Assembly (NCBI GenBank): GCA_900317715.1
Contig: ONHS01000015.1
Location: 9,020-73,019 of the forward strand
Length of the DNA stretch: 64,000 nt
Reading direction: 5' to 3'
Origin: an uncultured Bacteroidales bacterium
GTDB taxonomy: Bacteria > Bacteroidota > Bacteroidia > Bacteroidales > WCHB1-69
A program made the translations under genes and the position numbers. Below the pieces are notes generated by a model that was not told where the DNA came from, made no database searches, and saw only the letters and a program-made list of their open reading frames with translations. Position 1 is the first letter of the stretch. Each line of letters starts with the position of its first letter. Below, piece after piece: positions 27,571 to 37,422 of the stretch.

Positions 27571-28743
27571 ATGAAGATACTGTTTGTCATTGACACCTAT
27601 TTTACCAACAACAACGGAACCAGCATTTCAGCGCAGCGCTATGCCGCCGAATTGCGCAAGCGTGGTCACGAGGTACGCATTCTGACGGCGAATGACTCAG
27701 CCGAAAACGACGAAAACCTCTTTTCGTTGCGTTACTTCCACATGCCGATATTCCAACCGTTGATGAACAAGCACAACTTCAACTTCGCCAAATTCTGGGG
27801 CAAAGAGACCCACGAAACCATTGAAGCCGCTGTAGGTTGGGCTGACATTGTACACTGCTACTTGCCTTTCCCCATAGAGGGTGTGGTGGAGCGTTACTGC
27901 GAAAAAGTAGGCAAAACCTGCACTGCTGCTGCACACCTGCAGGCAGAGAGTTTGACTGCCAACATCCATCTGCACAGATGCAAGTGGGCCAACGATTTTT
28001 TTTACAAGATCTTCGCCAAAATTCTCTGCAACCGCGTGAAACATGTTCACTGTCCTTCACAGTTCATGGCCGACGAAGTCAAATCACACGGTTTCACCGC
28101 CAAAATGCACCCCATCAGCAATGGTATTCAGCCAGTATTCATTGAGGCGGGCAAACGTCATATCGAAGGTCATCGTACAGAAACTTTCGATGAATACAAG
28201 GGTAAAATCCTGATCATGATGGTGGGTCGTCTGACGCGTGAAAAGCAGCAGGCTTTGATTATCAAGGCGGTGCCCTACTCCAAATATGCCGACCGTATCC
28301 AATTGATCTTTGCTGGCCGCGGTCCCATGCAAGAAAGCTACGAGAAGTTGGGGCGTTCCCTGCCGCTCAAGCCGCAGTTCGTCTATCTGAAACGGGACGA
28401 GCTGATCAAGCTGTTATCGCAAGCTGACCTTTACGTGCATGCTGCCGACATGGAATCGGAGGCTATTTCCTGCATAGAAGCCTTCGCCACAGGACTTGTA
28501 CCGGTCATCGCCAACAGTCCGCTGTCGGCCACCAAGCAATTCGCCCTTGACGAGCGGAGTCTCTTTAAGGCAGGCGATGCCAAGGACCTTGCCCGTGCCA
28601 TCGACTATTGGCTCGACAACACCGAGGAGCGGCTCAGAATGGAAAAAGTGTATCAAGAATCAGCCAACAAATACAACATCGACAATTCCATCACTCTCTT
28701 TGAAGAGATGCTACAAGAAGCTTTAAAAGACGACGGAAAATAA
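27571..28743 (+). CDS. Glycosyltransferase family 4 (GT-B), paralogue 2
   Basis: 390 aa; N- and C-terminal thirds nearly identical to 26265-27395. Confidence 0.75.
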   Translation: MKILFVIDTYFTNNNGTSISAQRYAAELRKRGHEVRILTANDSAENDENLFSLRYFHMPIFQPLMNKHNFNFAKFWGKETHETIEAAVGWADIVHCYLPFPIEGVVERYCEKVGKTCTAAAHLQAESLTANIHLHRCKWANDFFYKIFAKILCNRVKHVHCPSQFMADEVKSHGFTAKMHPISNGIQPVFIEAGKRHIEGHRTETFDEYKGKILIMMVGRLTREKQQALIIKAVPYSKYADRIQLIFAGRGPMQESYEKLGRSLPLKPQFVYLKRDELIKLLSQADLYVHAADMESEAISCIEAFATGLVPVIANSPLSATKQFALDERSLFKAGDAKDLARAIDYWLDNTEERLRMEKVYQESANKYNIDNSITLFEEMLQEALKDDGK

Positions 28744-28771
28744 CGTGTTCTTTCACAAACAAATATCGGGG

Positions 28772-29917
28772 ATGAATATAAAAAAGTTTAGTAAATTCAC
28801 ACATAATATATTGATACTTTTCACATTATGTATTCTAACCTTTCCACTTTTCGGGCAGGAAGGTCGCTTTGGCAATGCGTGGGTGAATGCGGATGGGTCC
28901 ACCACCTTCCATTTTGAGGACAGTACAGCCAAAAATGTGAAAATCATCTGTGACTGTCGCTTGCATAGAGAGACTCTCGAAATAAAGAAAGAGAACTATC
29001 ATAAAGCCAAGATGCAAAAAGACAGCACCGGGGTTTGGACATACACCACCCCTCCCTTGGCGCCTGAAGTCTATACTTATATGTTTGAGGCTGAAGGAAA
29101 ACGCAGTAATGACCCCAAAAATCCAGACTCCATCCGTGTACGTTGCGACAGAATGAGTACGTTCATCGTGGACGGCACACCGCAAACGCAATTGTACACC
29201 AGCAAACCGCTGAAAGGACGGGTAGATACGGTGATATTCGACAATCCGCTAGGCAAAAAGAGCAGAGGTGTTTTGGTTTATCTTCCTCCACAATACGATG
29301 ACAATCAGCAAAGCTACCCTGTTTTATACCTCCTTCATGGTCTTAACGGAAATGAATATTCCTGGACAGAACGTGGCCGTGCCATCGACATTATCGACAA
29401 TCTCATCGCACAAGGGAAAGCCAAACCCATGATCATGGTTCTTCCCGATGCCAACCCCGAAATGCTTATCGGCCAAAAACAAGACATGGGGTTATTCAAA
29501 AACATCATGCTTTATCCCTCTTGGAATGATCTGGACTTTGAAAAATGCTACCCGATTTTGGATTCTTTTCTGTGCCAAAAGTACCGTTTCTCAACGACGC
29601 TTGGGGATCGCGCCGTGGCAGGGCTCTCCGCCGGTGGCAAACAATCCGCCAATTTGGTCAACATGTACGACAGCACTTTTTCCGCCGTGGGTTTGTTCTC
29701 CCCTGTGGTAGGCAACAAACAGCTGCCTAACAGCAAATTCGCCAAGTATTGGATCGGCGGTGGTCAAGGAGACCTTTTCCATCACAGAATCAACAAGTTC
29801 CGCAAGAGAATGCAACGAAATCACATCCCCTACACCATGTACAATTCCGTCGGCGGCCACACCTGGCGCAACTGGCGCGTCTATTTCACGGAATTTTCGC
29901 AGACGCTGTTCCGGTAG
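28772..29917 (+). CDS. Secreted esterase (esterase-D/enterochelin-esterase-like) with N-terminal Ig-like domain
   Basis: Signal peptide MNIKKFSKFTHNILILFTLCILTFPLFG; YLLHGLNGNEYSW and nucleophile elbow GLSAGG. Confidence 0.7.
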   Translation: MNIKKFSKFTHNILILFTLCILTFPLFGQEGRFGNAWVNADGSTTFHFEDSTAKNVKIICDCRLHRETLEIKKENYHKAKMQKDSTGVWTYTTPPLAPEVYTYMFEAEGKRSNDPKNPDSIRVRCDRMSTFIVDGTPQTQLYTSKPLKGRVDTVIFDNPLGKKSRGVLVYLPPQYDDNQQSYPVLYLLHGLNGNEYSWTERGRAIDIIDNLIAQGKAKPMIMVLPDANPEMLIGQKQDMGLFKNIMLYPSWNDLDFEKCYPILDSFLCQKYRFSTTLGDRAVAGLSAGGKQSANLVNMYDSTFSAVGLFSPVVGNKQLPNSKFAKYWIGGGQGDLFHHRINKFRKRMQRNHIPYTMYNSVGGHTWRNWRVYFTEFSQTLFR

Positions 29918-30115
29918 GAGCGAGGGTCGAGGGTCGAGGGTCAAGGGTCAAGGCAATAGGCAATAGGGAGTAGGGAATAGGCAAGTTTCAGGTTTCAGGT
30001 TTCAAGTTTCTGGTTTCAAGTTATAAGTTTTAGGTCTAAGTCTAAATCTAAGTCTAAATCATAAGTCATAAATCTTACGTCATAAGTCAAAAGCTAACAG
30101 CTAAAACCAACAGTC
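29918..30115. repeat. Heptamer array 7 (same block vocabulary as arrays 1/10, opposite orientation)
   Basis: ggtcgag x2 ggtcaag x2 gcaatag x2 ggagtag ggaatag ... tcaggtt x2 tcaagtt ... gtcataa ... gctaaca; ~29 units, short 6-nt patch in the middle. Confidence 0.9.
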
Positions 30116-30118
30116 AAT

Positions 30119-31135
30119 ATGAAAAACACCATCGCGTTCATCATAATAATTGCAATTTGCGTTTTAACGACAGCGCAAACGCAAATGCCGAACAACAAAT
30201 TCGAGGAGTGGACCACCACCGACAAGGGCAACGCCATTCCCAAGCACTGGCATTCGTACGGCGACGGCGACTGTCAGCTGAAGGGCATTTACTCTTGGGG
30301 CTGCGGTCCGATGAAGAAGAACCACAGCAACCGCGTGACCGGTCATACGGGCTACGGTTGCGAGATTTACTCCACCTCGCTTGCCGGCAACCTCGTCAAC
30401 GGAGTGCTCACTACCGGGCAAATGCAATTCGCCTCGCCAGAGGACAACAGTCCGGACAACTACACCTACACGGACAAGGACAACAAGCTGGGGCACAAAG
30501 CGGCCATGGCGTTCACCGGTCGTCCCGACTCTGTCTATTTTTGGTGCAAGTTTGAGATGAAGAATCCCTCCAACGTGGCCATCGCGAAATTCCATCTGCA
30601 CGGGAACATTGCCTACCGGGATGTCTCCAGTCACAGTTCTTCAACCGCGCAAAAAGGCAAAATCGGCAACGCTTTCTGCTCTTTCAAAGACCCGAACGAC
30701 CATAAATGGCATCAGTATAAGTTCAAATTCACCTATTACGATGAACAGAACAAAGTGGTGAAGACGAGTTCGCGCACGCCTTCGTACATTCTAGCCTGTT
30801 TTTCCACCAACAAAATCACCAAAGGCGGCAATAATGGCGACAAGCTCATCATCGACGACATCGTGATGATCTATAACAAACGCCTCTCCTACATTAACGT
30901 GAACGGCGATCCACTGCCCGCTTTCAACCCCGACAAAACCGACTACACGTACTACTGCGACAACACGTCGGAACTGCCGGTGTTCACGGCTGAGGCACAG
31001 TCTCCGAACGCGACTGTGCGCATTGAGCCACCCACCCGCGACAACGACCACATCGCCCGCATCATTGTCACCCACGATGACGGGGAGAAAGAGTACCGCA
31101 TCAACGTTTGCAAACGGCTGGTCGCAGGCCGCTAA
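30119..31135 (+). CDS. Secreted hypothetical protein with C-terminal cadherin-like beta-sandwich
   Basis: 338 aa; signal peptide; C-terminal LSYINVNGDPLPAFNPDKTDYTYY... pattern; N-domain possibly PCMD-like (uncertain). Confidence 0.45.
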   Translation: MKNTIAFIIIIAICVLTTAQTQMPNNKFEEWTTTDKGNAIPKHWHSYGDGDCQLKGIYSWGCGPMKKNHSNRVTGHTGYGCEIYSTSLAGNLVNGVLTTGQMQFASPEDNSPDNYTYTDKDNKLGHKAAMAFTGRPDSVYFWCKFEMKNPSNVAIAKFHLHGNIAYRDVSSHSSSTAQKGKIGNAFCSFKDPNDHKWHQYKFKFTYYDEQNKVVKTSSRTPSYILACFSTNKITKGGNNGDKLIIDDIVMIYNKRLSYINVNGDPLPAFNPDKTDYTYYCDNTSELPVFTAEAQSPNATVRIEPPTRDNDHIARIIVTHDDGEKEYRINVCKRLVAGR

Positions 31136-31176
31136 CGCCCGAAAACAGTAAGAAAATAACGAGAAAGTAATCCCCG

Positions 31177-31214
31177 AACGGCTGTTCATTACATGATGAA
31201 CACCGTTTTTTTTT
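31177..31214 (+). terminator. Intrinsic terminator
   Basis: AACGGCTGTTCATtacatgATGAACACCGTTttttttt. Confidence 0.7.
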
Positions 31215-31229
31215 ATGGCATAATTTTTG

Positions 31230-31237
31230 TATATTTG
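31230..31237 (+). promoter_or_regulatory. -7 box TATATTTG
   Basis: TAnnTTTG 25 nt upstream of clpC ATG. Confidence 0.5.
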
Positions 31238-31261
31238 CAAAAAATTTAAACAAGGCTTTTT

Positions 31262-33784
31262 ATGGATATCAAATATTCGGAAGAGATGAACTATATTTTG
31301 GCGGAATCCAACGAATTGGCCAAAGTATATCACTCGCAACAAATTGGATTAGAACATCTTATGGTGTGTCTCCTCCGCTATCCCGGGGAGAGTGTCACCA
31401 AGAAGATTTTCAACATATTTCAGATTGATTTGAATGGAATGCGCACGCGCTTGGAACAGATGCTGGAGATGCCTGACAGTCAGGCTGACAACCCCGAAGC
31501 CAAGATTCCCATCAGCGTGCAAGCGCAAGGAAGGCTGCATCTATCTTACTTATTCTCAAAGCAATACAGAAGCGATGTGGTAGAATCTTACCACTTGGTG
31601 TTGGCCATTCTGAAACCTGCTCAACTCGACAGCCAGAACACCATCAAGGTGATGCTGGCTCAGGCGGGTCTCAACTTCCAGACCTTTGAAGACGAGCTGC
31701 GTCATGAGCTCCATCTTGCCGAACCGACTGCCGCCGCGCATCAGATGATGGGCGACGATGACGACGAAGATAACGACCGCCGCACAGGGATGAAAAAGAG
31801 GAAAGAGGGCGGCAAATCCGCCACCCCGATGCTCGACAGCTTTGGCAAGGATTTGACCAAGATGGCCGCCGAGGGCAAGATTGACCCTGTGGTAGGCCGA
31901 CAAAAAGAGTTGGAGCGCATCGCCCAGATTTTATGTCGCCGCAAAAAGAACAATCCTGTGCTGATTGGCGAGCCTGGTGTCGGTAAATCCGCTTTGGCTG
32001 AGGGACTTGCGTTGCAGATTTCTTCTGGTCACGTGTCGCGCACGCTCATGCATAAGCGCATAGTCAGCCTTGACATGGCTGGACTTGTGGCAGGCACCAA
32101 ATACCGCGGACAGTTCGAGGAGCGCGTGAAAACCATCCTCGAAGAACTGGAGAAAAACACCGATGTCATCCTCTTCATCGACGAGCTGCACACGATGGTA
32201 GGCGCTGGTAACGCGCCCGGCAGCATGGATGCCTCCAACCTCTTCAAACCCGCATTGGCCCGTGGCGAACTGCAATGTATCGGCGCCACCACGTTGGACG
32301 AATACCGCGAGCACATCGAAAAGGATGGTGCGCTGGAACGTCGTTTCCAGAAAATCATCCTCGAGCCCGCCACGCCCGAAGAGACCCTTGACATCCTCAA
32401 CAACATCAAGGACAAATACGAAGAGCACCACGCCGTGAAATACAACGACGAAGCCATCAAGGCTTGCGTAGCCATGTCAAATCGCTATATATCAGACCGT
32501 TGCCTCCCCGACAAAGCTATCGATGTGATGGACGAAGCGGGTGCGCGTTTGCATATCCAAAACATCCACGTTCCCGAAGAATTGTTGGCAGCAGAGGCCG
32601 CCATCGAGGAACAGGAGAAGCTGAAAGTGGAGGCGATTCGCAACCAACAATACAACGAGGCCGCCAAATACCGCGACCAGATCAAGATGCTGGAGGAAGA
32701 GCGACAGATGATTCAGAAAACGTGGGAAAACAGCGTGAACGAAAACCGTCCCGATGTTACGGAAGACACTGTGGCAGAAGTAATTGCCATGATGACAGGC
32801 GTACCCGTGCAACGTATCGCCAAGAACGAAGGTGAGCGTCTGATGCGCATGGCCACCGAACTGCAAGGGGTTGTCATTGGGCAGGACGAACCTGTGGTGA
32901 AGATTGCCAAGGCCATCCGCCGGAACCGCGCCGGTCTGAAGGATCCCAACAAGCCCATCGGAACATTCATCTTCCTTGGACCTACAGGTGTGGGCAAGAC
33001 CTATTTGGCGAAAGTATTGGCCGAGTATCTCTTTGATTCTCAAGATGCTATCATCCGCATCGATATGAGCGAATATATGGAGAAGCACACTGTGTCAAGA
33101 CTCATCGGTGCGCCTCCGGGATATGTAGGCTACGAAGAGGGCGGTCAACTCACCGAGAAAGTGCGCCGCAAACCCTACTCTATCGTGCTGCTGGATGAAA
33201 TCGAGAAAGCTCACCACGACGTGTATAACGTTCTGCTTCAGGTGTTTGACGAGGGTCAGCTCACCGACGGTATGGGTCGCAAGGTCGATTTCAAGAACAC
33301 CATCATCATCATGACCTCCAACGTGGGCACGCGCGAGCTGAAGGACTTCGGCACAGGCATGGGCTTCAGTACCGAAGCCACCAAGTCGGCGGAGCAGAAG
33401 GTGGCGCAGGGCATCCTCGAAAAGGCCCTCAAAACAACCTTCGCGCCTGAATTCCTCAACCGCGTGGACGATGTCATCTACTTCAACAGTCTTGACAAAG
33501 AGGATATTGGCAAGATCATCGACATCGAGTTGAAGAAGGTGTTGCAGCGCGTCAAGGATTTGGACGTGGACATCCGCATCACCGAAAAGGCGAAGAACTT
33601 CCTCGTGGAAAACGGCTGGGATGCCAACTACGGTGCCCGCCCGCTGAAACGCACCATCCAAAAGTACGTCGAAGACGTCCTCGCCGAGGAAATCCTCAAC
33701 ATGACGCTTGTCTCCGGCGACTCCGTCGAACTCGACTACGACGAGCTGAAAGAAGAGATGCTGGTATCCCATGTTAATTCATAA
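31262..33784 (+). CDS. clpC: ATP-dependent Clp protease ATP-binding subunit ClpC
   Basis: 840 aa; Clp_N repeats, two AAA+ modules ([16 protein letters not shown]), UVR-like linker; last codons HVNS* lie in array 8. Confidence 0.9.
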   Translation: MDIKYSEEMNYILAESNELAKVYHSQQIGLEHLMVCLLRYPGESVTKKIFNIFQIDLNGMRTRLEQMLEMPDSQADNPEAKIPISVQAQGRLHLSYLFSKQYRSDVVESYHLVLAILKPAQLDSQNTIKVMLAQAGLNFQTFEDELRHELHLAEPTAAAHQMMGDDDDEDNDRRTGMKKRKEGGKSATPMLDSFGKDLTKMAAEGKIDPVVGRQKELERIAQILCRRKKNNPVLIGEPGVGKSALAEGLALQISSGHVSRTLMHKRIVSLDMAGLVAGTKYRGQFEERVKTILEELEKNTDVILFIDELHTMVGAGNAPGSMDASNLFKPALARGELQCIGATTLDEYREHIEKDGALERRFQKIILEPATPEETLDILNNIKDKYEEHHAVKYNDEAIKACVAMSNRYISDRCLPDKAIDVMDEAGARLHIQNIHVPEELLAAEAAIEEQEKLKVEAIRNQQYNEAAKYRDQIKMLEEERQMIQKTWENSVNENRPDVTEDTVAEVIAMMTGVPVQRIAKNEGERLMRMATELQGVVIGQDEPVVKIAKAIRRNRAGLKDPNKPIGTFIFLGPTGVGKTYLAKVLAEYLFDSQDAIIRIDMSEYMEKHTVSRLIGAPPGYVGYEEGGQLTEKVRRKPYSIVLLDEIEKAHHDVYNVLLQVFDEGQLTDGMGRKVDFKNTIIIMTSNVGTRELKDFGTGMGFSTEATKSAEQKVAQGILEKALKTTFAPEFLNRVDDVIYFNSLDKEDIGKIIDIELKKVLQRVKDLDVDIRITEKAKNFLVENGWDANYGARPLKRTIQKYVEDVLAEEILNMTLVSGDSVELDYDELKEEMLVSHVNS

Positions 33785-33810
33785 TTCATAATTCACAATT
33801 CATAATTATT
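33776..33810. repeat. Heptamer array 8 (AATTCAT family)
   Basis: aattcat aattcat aattcac aattcat aattatt. Confidence 0.85.
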
Positions 33811-33816
33811 CCACGA

Positions 33817-33870
33817 GAGCTGAAAGCCCGACACGTGTCAACCTAGGGTGAGCGATAGCGAGCCCTAGGA
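33817..33870. repeat. REP-like unit (same family as 13201-13260)
   Basis: gaGCTgaaAGCccgacacgtgtcaaCCTAGGGtgagcgatagcgagCCCTAGGa. Confidence 0.75.
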
Positions 33871-33883
33871 TTCAAAAGAAACA

Positions 33884-34405
33884 ATGAAAAACTACAAAGA
33901 AAAACTGAAAAACATCCGCGCCTTCATCTTCGACTTCGACGGCGTGTTATCAAACGGGATGGTCTATGTGATGGCCGACGGCGAGCAGGTGCGCGCCACC
34001 AACGTCAAAGACGGCTACGCACTGCACTATGCCCTCAAGAAAGGTTACAAAGTGGCCGTCATCTCCGGCGGATTCGCCAAATCCATGAAGCTAAGGTACA
34101 GGGACTTCCACGGCATGGAATTCTTCCTGCACGTTAGCGACAAGATCAAGGTCTTCAACGAGTACCTGGCCAACAACAACCTCAAGCCCGAGGAGGTGCT
34201 GGTGATGGGCGACGACATTCCCGACTACCCAATGATGAAGATGGCGGGGGTAAAGTGCTGTCCGGCAAACGCCTCCACCGAGATTCAGGAATTGGCCGAC
34301 TACATCTCCATCCGCAACGGCGGCGACGGTGCCGTCCGCGACGTCATCGAGCAAACGATGCGGCTGCAAGGCACTTGGTTCGACACCGATGCGCATATCT
34401 GGTAA
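33884..34405 (+). CDS. kdsC: KDO 8-phosphate phosphatase (HAD-IIIA)
   Basis: 173 aa; FIFDFDGVLSNG, VKDGYAL, GDDIPD motifs. Confidence 0.85.
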   Translation: MKNYKEKLKNIRAFIFDFDGVLSNGMVYVMADGEQVRATNVKDGYALHYALKKGYKVAVISGGFAKSMKLRYRDFHGMEFFLHVSDKIKVFNEYLANNNLKPEEVLVMGDDIPDYPMMKMAGVKCCPANASTEIQELADYISIRNGGDGAVRDVIEQTMRLQGTWFDTDAHIW

Positions 34406-34409
34406 TTTT

Positions 34410-34502
34410 GTTTAAGGTTTAGAGTTTAATAATATTCCCAAAAATCATAAATCATAAACCACAAACCATAAACCTTAAACTATAAACCATAAACCTTAAA
34501 CC
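34410..34502. repeat. Heptamer array 9 (TAAACC family with short inverted left arm)
   Basis: gtttaaggtttagagtttaa ... tcataaa x2 ccacaaa ccataaa ccttaaa ctataaa ccataaa ccttaaa. Confidence 0.85.
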
Positions 34503-34503
34503 A

Positions 34504-35394
34504 ATGTTATACACCCTCATATTCAGCATCATCGGTCTCGCCGTTGGCGGGTTGGGCGGCGCATTCGGTGGATTCCTCATCGGGTCCATTTTCGACAGCA
34601 TCCGCAACAACCGCAAGGCGCGGCAGGCGCAGGAGGCTTTCAACCAAGGACGGCAGCAGTATTACAACGACCCTGCGCAGTTCGAAGAGCAGATGCTCAC
34701 GCTTATCGCCTTTGTGGCCAAGGCTGATAACAACCGACTTTTGCAATCGGAGTTCGACTATTGCAAACAATATTTCCAGAAGACCTTCCCGCATAGCGAC
34801 ATTTCCCAGTTGATGCTTAAATTTCGCGACATTCTGAACAGCGAAGACACGCATACGGCGTGCAAAGAGGCGTGTGAGAAAATCAGCCGATACGCGACCA
34901 TCCACGAAAAGATAGCGATCCTGCAATGTCTCTTCGGATTCGCCACCGCTGATGGGAACGTCCACCAACAGGAACTTAGCGCTATCCGACAGATTGCAAG
35001 CTGGTGTGGTGTGGACTCCCTGACCTACGAGGCCATCAAGATGATGTACGTTAACTTCAGCAGCAGCGACCCGTTTGGCAGTGGCGGTGGATATAGCGGA
35101 GGTGGTTACAGCGGCGGCGGATACTCAGGCGGTTACGGCGGGTATTATGATCAATCCAGCAGCAAACAGAGCGTCAACTCCGGTCCAAGTTTGGATGATT
35201 GTTACAAGATTCTCGAAGTGTCGTCCGATGCCAGCGACGAAGAGGTGAAGAAGGCCTATCGCGCAGCGGCGCTGAAGTACCACCCTGACCGAGTGAGCCA
35301 CCTCGGCGAAGACATGCGCAAAAAGGCGGAGGAAACATTCGCGAAAGTGAACCAAGCGTATGATAAGATTAAGGCGGCGAGAGGGATGAAATAG
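34504..35394 (+). CDS. DjlA-like co-chaperone (TM + TerB-like domain + J domain)
   Basis: 296 aa; N-terminal TM, TerB-like middle, GGGYSGGGYSGGGYSGGYGGYY linker, J domain with KYHPDR. Confidence 0.7.
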   Translation: MLYTLIFSIIGLAVGGLGGAFGGFLIGSIFDSIRNNRKARQAQEAFNQGRQQYYNDPAQFEEQMLTLIAFVAKADNNRLLQSEFDYCKQYFQKTFPHSDISQLMLKFRDILNSEDTHTACKEACEKISRYATIHEKIAILQCLFGFATADGNVHQQELSAIRQIASWCGVDSLTYEAIKMMYVNFSSSDPFGSGGGYSGGGYSGGGYSGGYGGYYDQSSSKQSVNSGPSLDDCYKILEVSSDASDEEVKKAYRAAALKYHPDRVSHLGEDMRKKAEETFAKVNQAYDKIKAARGMK

Positions 35395-35546
35395 CGGTTG
35401 GCTGTTAGCTATTGGCTGTTGACTGTTGACTATGAACTTTGAACTATGAACTTTGAACTATGAACTTTGACACAGACTATTCCCTACTCCCTTAAACCAT
35501 AAACTATAAACCTTAAACCATAAACCCTAAACTATAAACTCTAAAC
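35395..35546. repeat. Heptamer array 10 (22 units in one register)
   Basis: gctgtta gctattg gctgttg actgttg actatga actttga x... cacagac tattccc tactccc ttaaacc ataaact ataaacc ... Confidence 0.9.
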
Positions 35547-35574
35547 AAAATATCCTCCGAAACAATTTTTTTTG

Positions 35575-35582
35575 TACTTTTG
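35575..35582 (+). promoter_or_regulatory. -7 box TACTTTTG for kamA
   Basis: ttttttttGTACTTTTGcg 40 nt upstream of ATG; leader resembles iorA leader. Confidence 0.5.
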
Positions 35583-35621
35583 CGCCTCTAAATTTTAAGA
35601 TTAAATCATTAATAAATCAAT

Positions 35622-36860
35622 ATGGCAAGTAGAAGAAAAGAACTTTTCCCCAACGTTACCGACGCTGAATGGAACGATTGGAGATGGCAGGTCCGCAACA
35701 GAGTGGAGACCCTCGAAGAACTGAAAAAATACATCGAGTTGACTCCGGAAGAGGAGGAAGGTGTGAAGAAATCACTGCAAACGCTCCGTATGGCCATCAC
35801 GCCGTACTATTTGAGTTTGATTGATCCGAACAACCCGAATTGTCCTATCCGTCGTCAAGCAATCCCGACTGGCGCAGAGGTGCACCAATCCCCTGCCGAC
35901 TTGCTTGATCCGTTGCATGAGGATGAGGACTCCCCGGTTCCCGGCCTCACCCACCGCTATCCCGACAGAGTGCTGTTCCTCATCACGGACATGTGCTCCA
36001 TGTACTGTCGTCACTGCACGCGCCGCAGATTTGCGGGTCAGAACGACTGCGAATCCACGCAGGACCGCATCCAAGCTGCTATCGACTACATTGCCCGCAC
36101 CCCGCAAGTGCGCGACGTGCTCCTCTCTGGTGGTGACGCTTTGATGGTGGGCGACAAGATGCTCGAATCTATCATCCAACGTTTGAGAGCTATCCCGCAT
36201 GTGGAGATTATCCGTCTCGGTTCACGTACGCCTGTGGTTTGCCCGCAGCGTATCACCGACGACCTCGTCAACATGCTCAAGAAATATCACCCGATTTGGC
36301 TCAACACCCACTTCAACCATCCGAACGAGGTGACCGAAGAAGCCATGGCTGCTTGCGCCAAACTGGCTAACGCTGGTGTACCGTTGGGCAACCAAACAGT
36401 GCTGTTGCGTGGCGTGAACGACGACACAGAGATCATGAAACAGCTCGTGCATGACCTCGTGCGTATGCGCGTCCGTCCGTACTACATCTACCAATGCGAC
36501 CTCTCCATGGGTTTGGAACATTTCCGCACGCCCGTCTCCAAGGGTATCGAAATCATCGAGAACCTGCGCGGACACACCTCCGGCTACTGCGTGCCGACCT
36601 TCGTGGTGGATGCTCCTGGCGGTGGCGGCAAAATCCCCGTCATGCCCAACTACGTGATTTCTCAAAGCCCGCACAAAGTGATTTTGCGCAACTACGAAGG
36701 CGTGATCACCACTTACACCGAGCCTGAAGACTACAAGGAGAACACCTGCAGCCCGCTGCCCGACAAGAAGCACGTCGAAGGCGTCGCCTCCCTGCTTCAC
36801 GGCGAACAGATGGCATTAGAGCCGAACGATTTGGCGAGAAAGAAAAGACACAGAAAATAA
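35622..36860 (+). CDS. kamA: Lysine 2,3-aminomutase (radical SAM)
   Basis: 412 aa; CSMYCRHCTRRR cluster motif and KamA-family length/order. Confidence 0.9.
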   Translation: MASRRKELFPNVTDAEWNDWRWQVRNRVETLEELKKYIELTPEEEEGVKKSLQTLRMAITPYYLSLIDPNNPNCPIRRQAIPTGAEVHQSPADLLDPLHEDEDSPVPGLTHRYPDRVLFLITDMCSMYCRHCTRRRFAGQNDCESTQDRIQAAIDYIARTPQVRDVLLSGGDALMVGDKMLESIIQRLRAIPHVEIIRLGSRTPVVCPQRITDDLVNMLKKYHPIWLNTHFNHPNEVTEEAMAACAKLANAGVPLGNQTVLLRGVNDDTEIMKQLVHDLVRMRVRPYYIYQCDLSMGLEHFRTPVSKGIEIIENLRGHTSGYCVPTFVVDAPGGGGKIPVMPNYVISQSPHKVILRNYEGVITTYTEPEDYKENTCSPLPDKKHVEGVASLLHGEQMALEPNDLARKKRHRK

Positions 36861-36871
36861 TATTCAATATT

Positions 36872-36899
36872 GTAGGGGCGAATGATGATTCGCCCCTAC
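36872..36899. repeat. GTAG-headed REP-like hairpin
   Basis: GTAGGGGCGAATgatgATTCGCCCCTAC, 12-bp perfect stem, between convergent kamA and cupin genes. Confidence 0.85.
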
Positions 36900-36939
36900 G
36901 TTTTTTAAAAGGTACGGTAGGATTTCTGCCGAACCTTAT

Positions 36940-37284
36940 TTATTTCAAGATGCAAGCGAGGAAGCGGACGTCCTTGCCGCTGTGGTTCGCGATGCTATGT
37001 CTGTCGCCGTTGCCGGTGAACATCACGTCGCCCGCGTGCATAATGGCGGTGCGGTCGTTGTCGGTGACCTCAGCCTCGCCCTCCAAAATGTAGTAAATCT
37101 CCGCATCTTCAATGTGCGGATGCTCCTTGATGCGGCTACCGGATGGCAAAGTGATGATGTTGAACATCGACGCGCGCTCCAGCATCTCCGCCGGCGTGAG
37201 GATGATGTTCTTGCTGATACGGCCTTCAATGTTGCCGCTGTTTTCCACGGTCTCAGTTCGAATGTCTTGTTTGTTTTTGATCAT
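36940..37284 (-). CDS. Cupin-domain protein
   Basis: ~114 aa from MIKNKQDIRT; two-His cupin motifs (GSRIKEHPH..., GDRHSIAN). Confidence 0.7.
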   Translation of the reverse strand: MIKNKQDIRTETVENSGNIEGRISKNIILTPAEMLERASMFNIITLPSGSRIKEHPHIEDAEIYYILEGEAEVTDNDRTAIMHAGDVMFTGNGDRHSIANHSGKDVRFLACILK

Positions 37285-37301
37285 TGTGGTGATATTTTGG
37301 G

Positions 37302-37368
37302 GGTGTTCGAAATAGAGCGCAAAGATACACAAATTCAGGTATCGGAATCAAACTGCGATATTTTACAT
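37302..37368. repeat. 67-bp repeat copy R1 (contains cupin promoter CAAAGATA = TATCTTTG on minus)
   Basis: ggtgttcgaaatagagcgcaaagatacacaaattcaggtatcggaatcaaactgcgatattttacat; 5 mismatches to 38657-38723. Confidence 0.85.
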
Positions 37369-37422
37369 CTGATTGGGTTCCTTTTATTCGTATTTTTGCC
37401 GCGTCTCTAATTTCATTGGATT

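Noticed and set aside
35395-35621. Possible lysine riboswitch ahead of kamA
   Set aside because: The spacer is almost entirely heptamer array followed by a promoter and a 40-nt AT-rich leader. It has no L-box-like helices.
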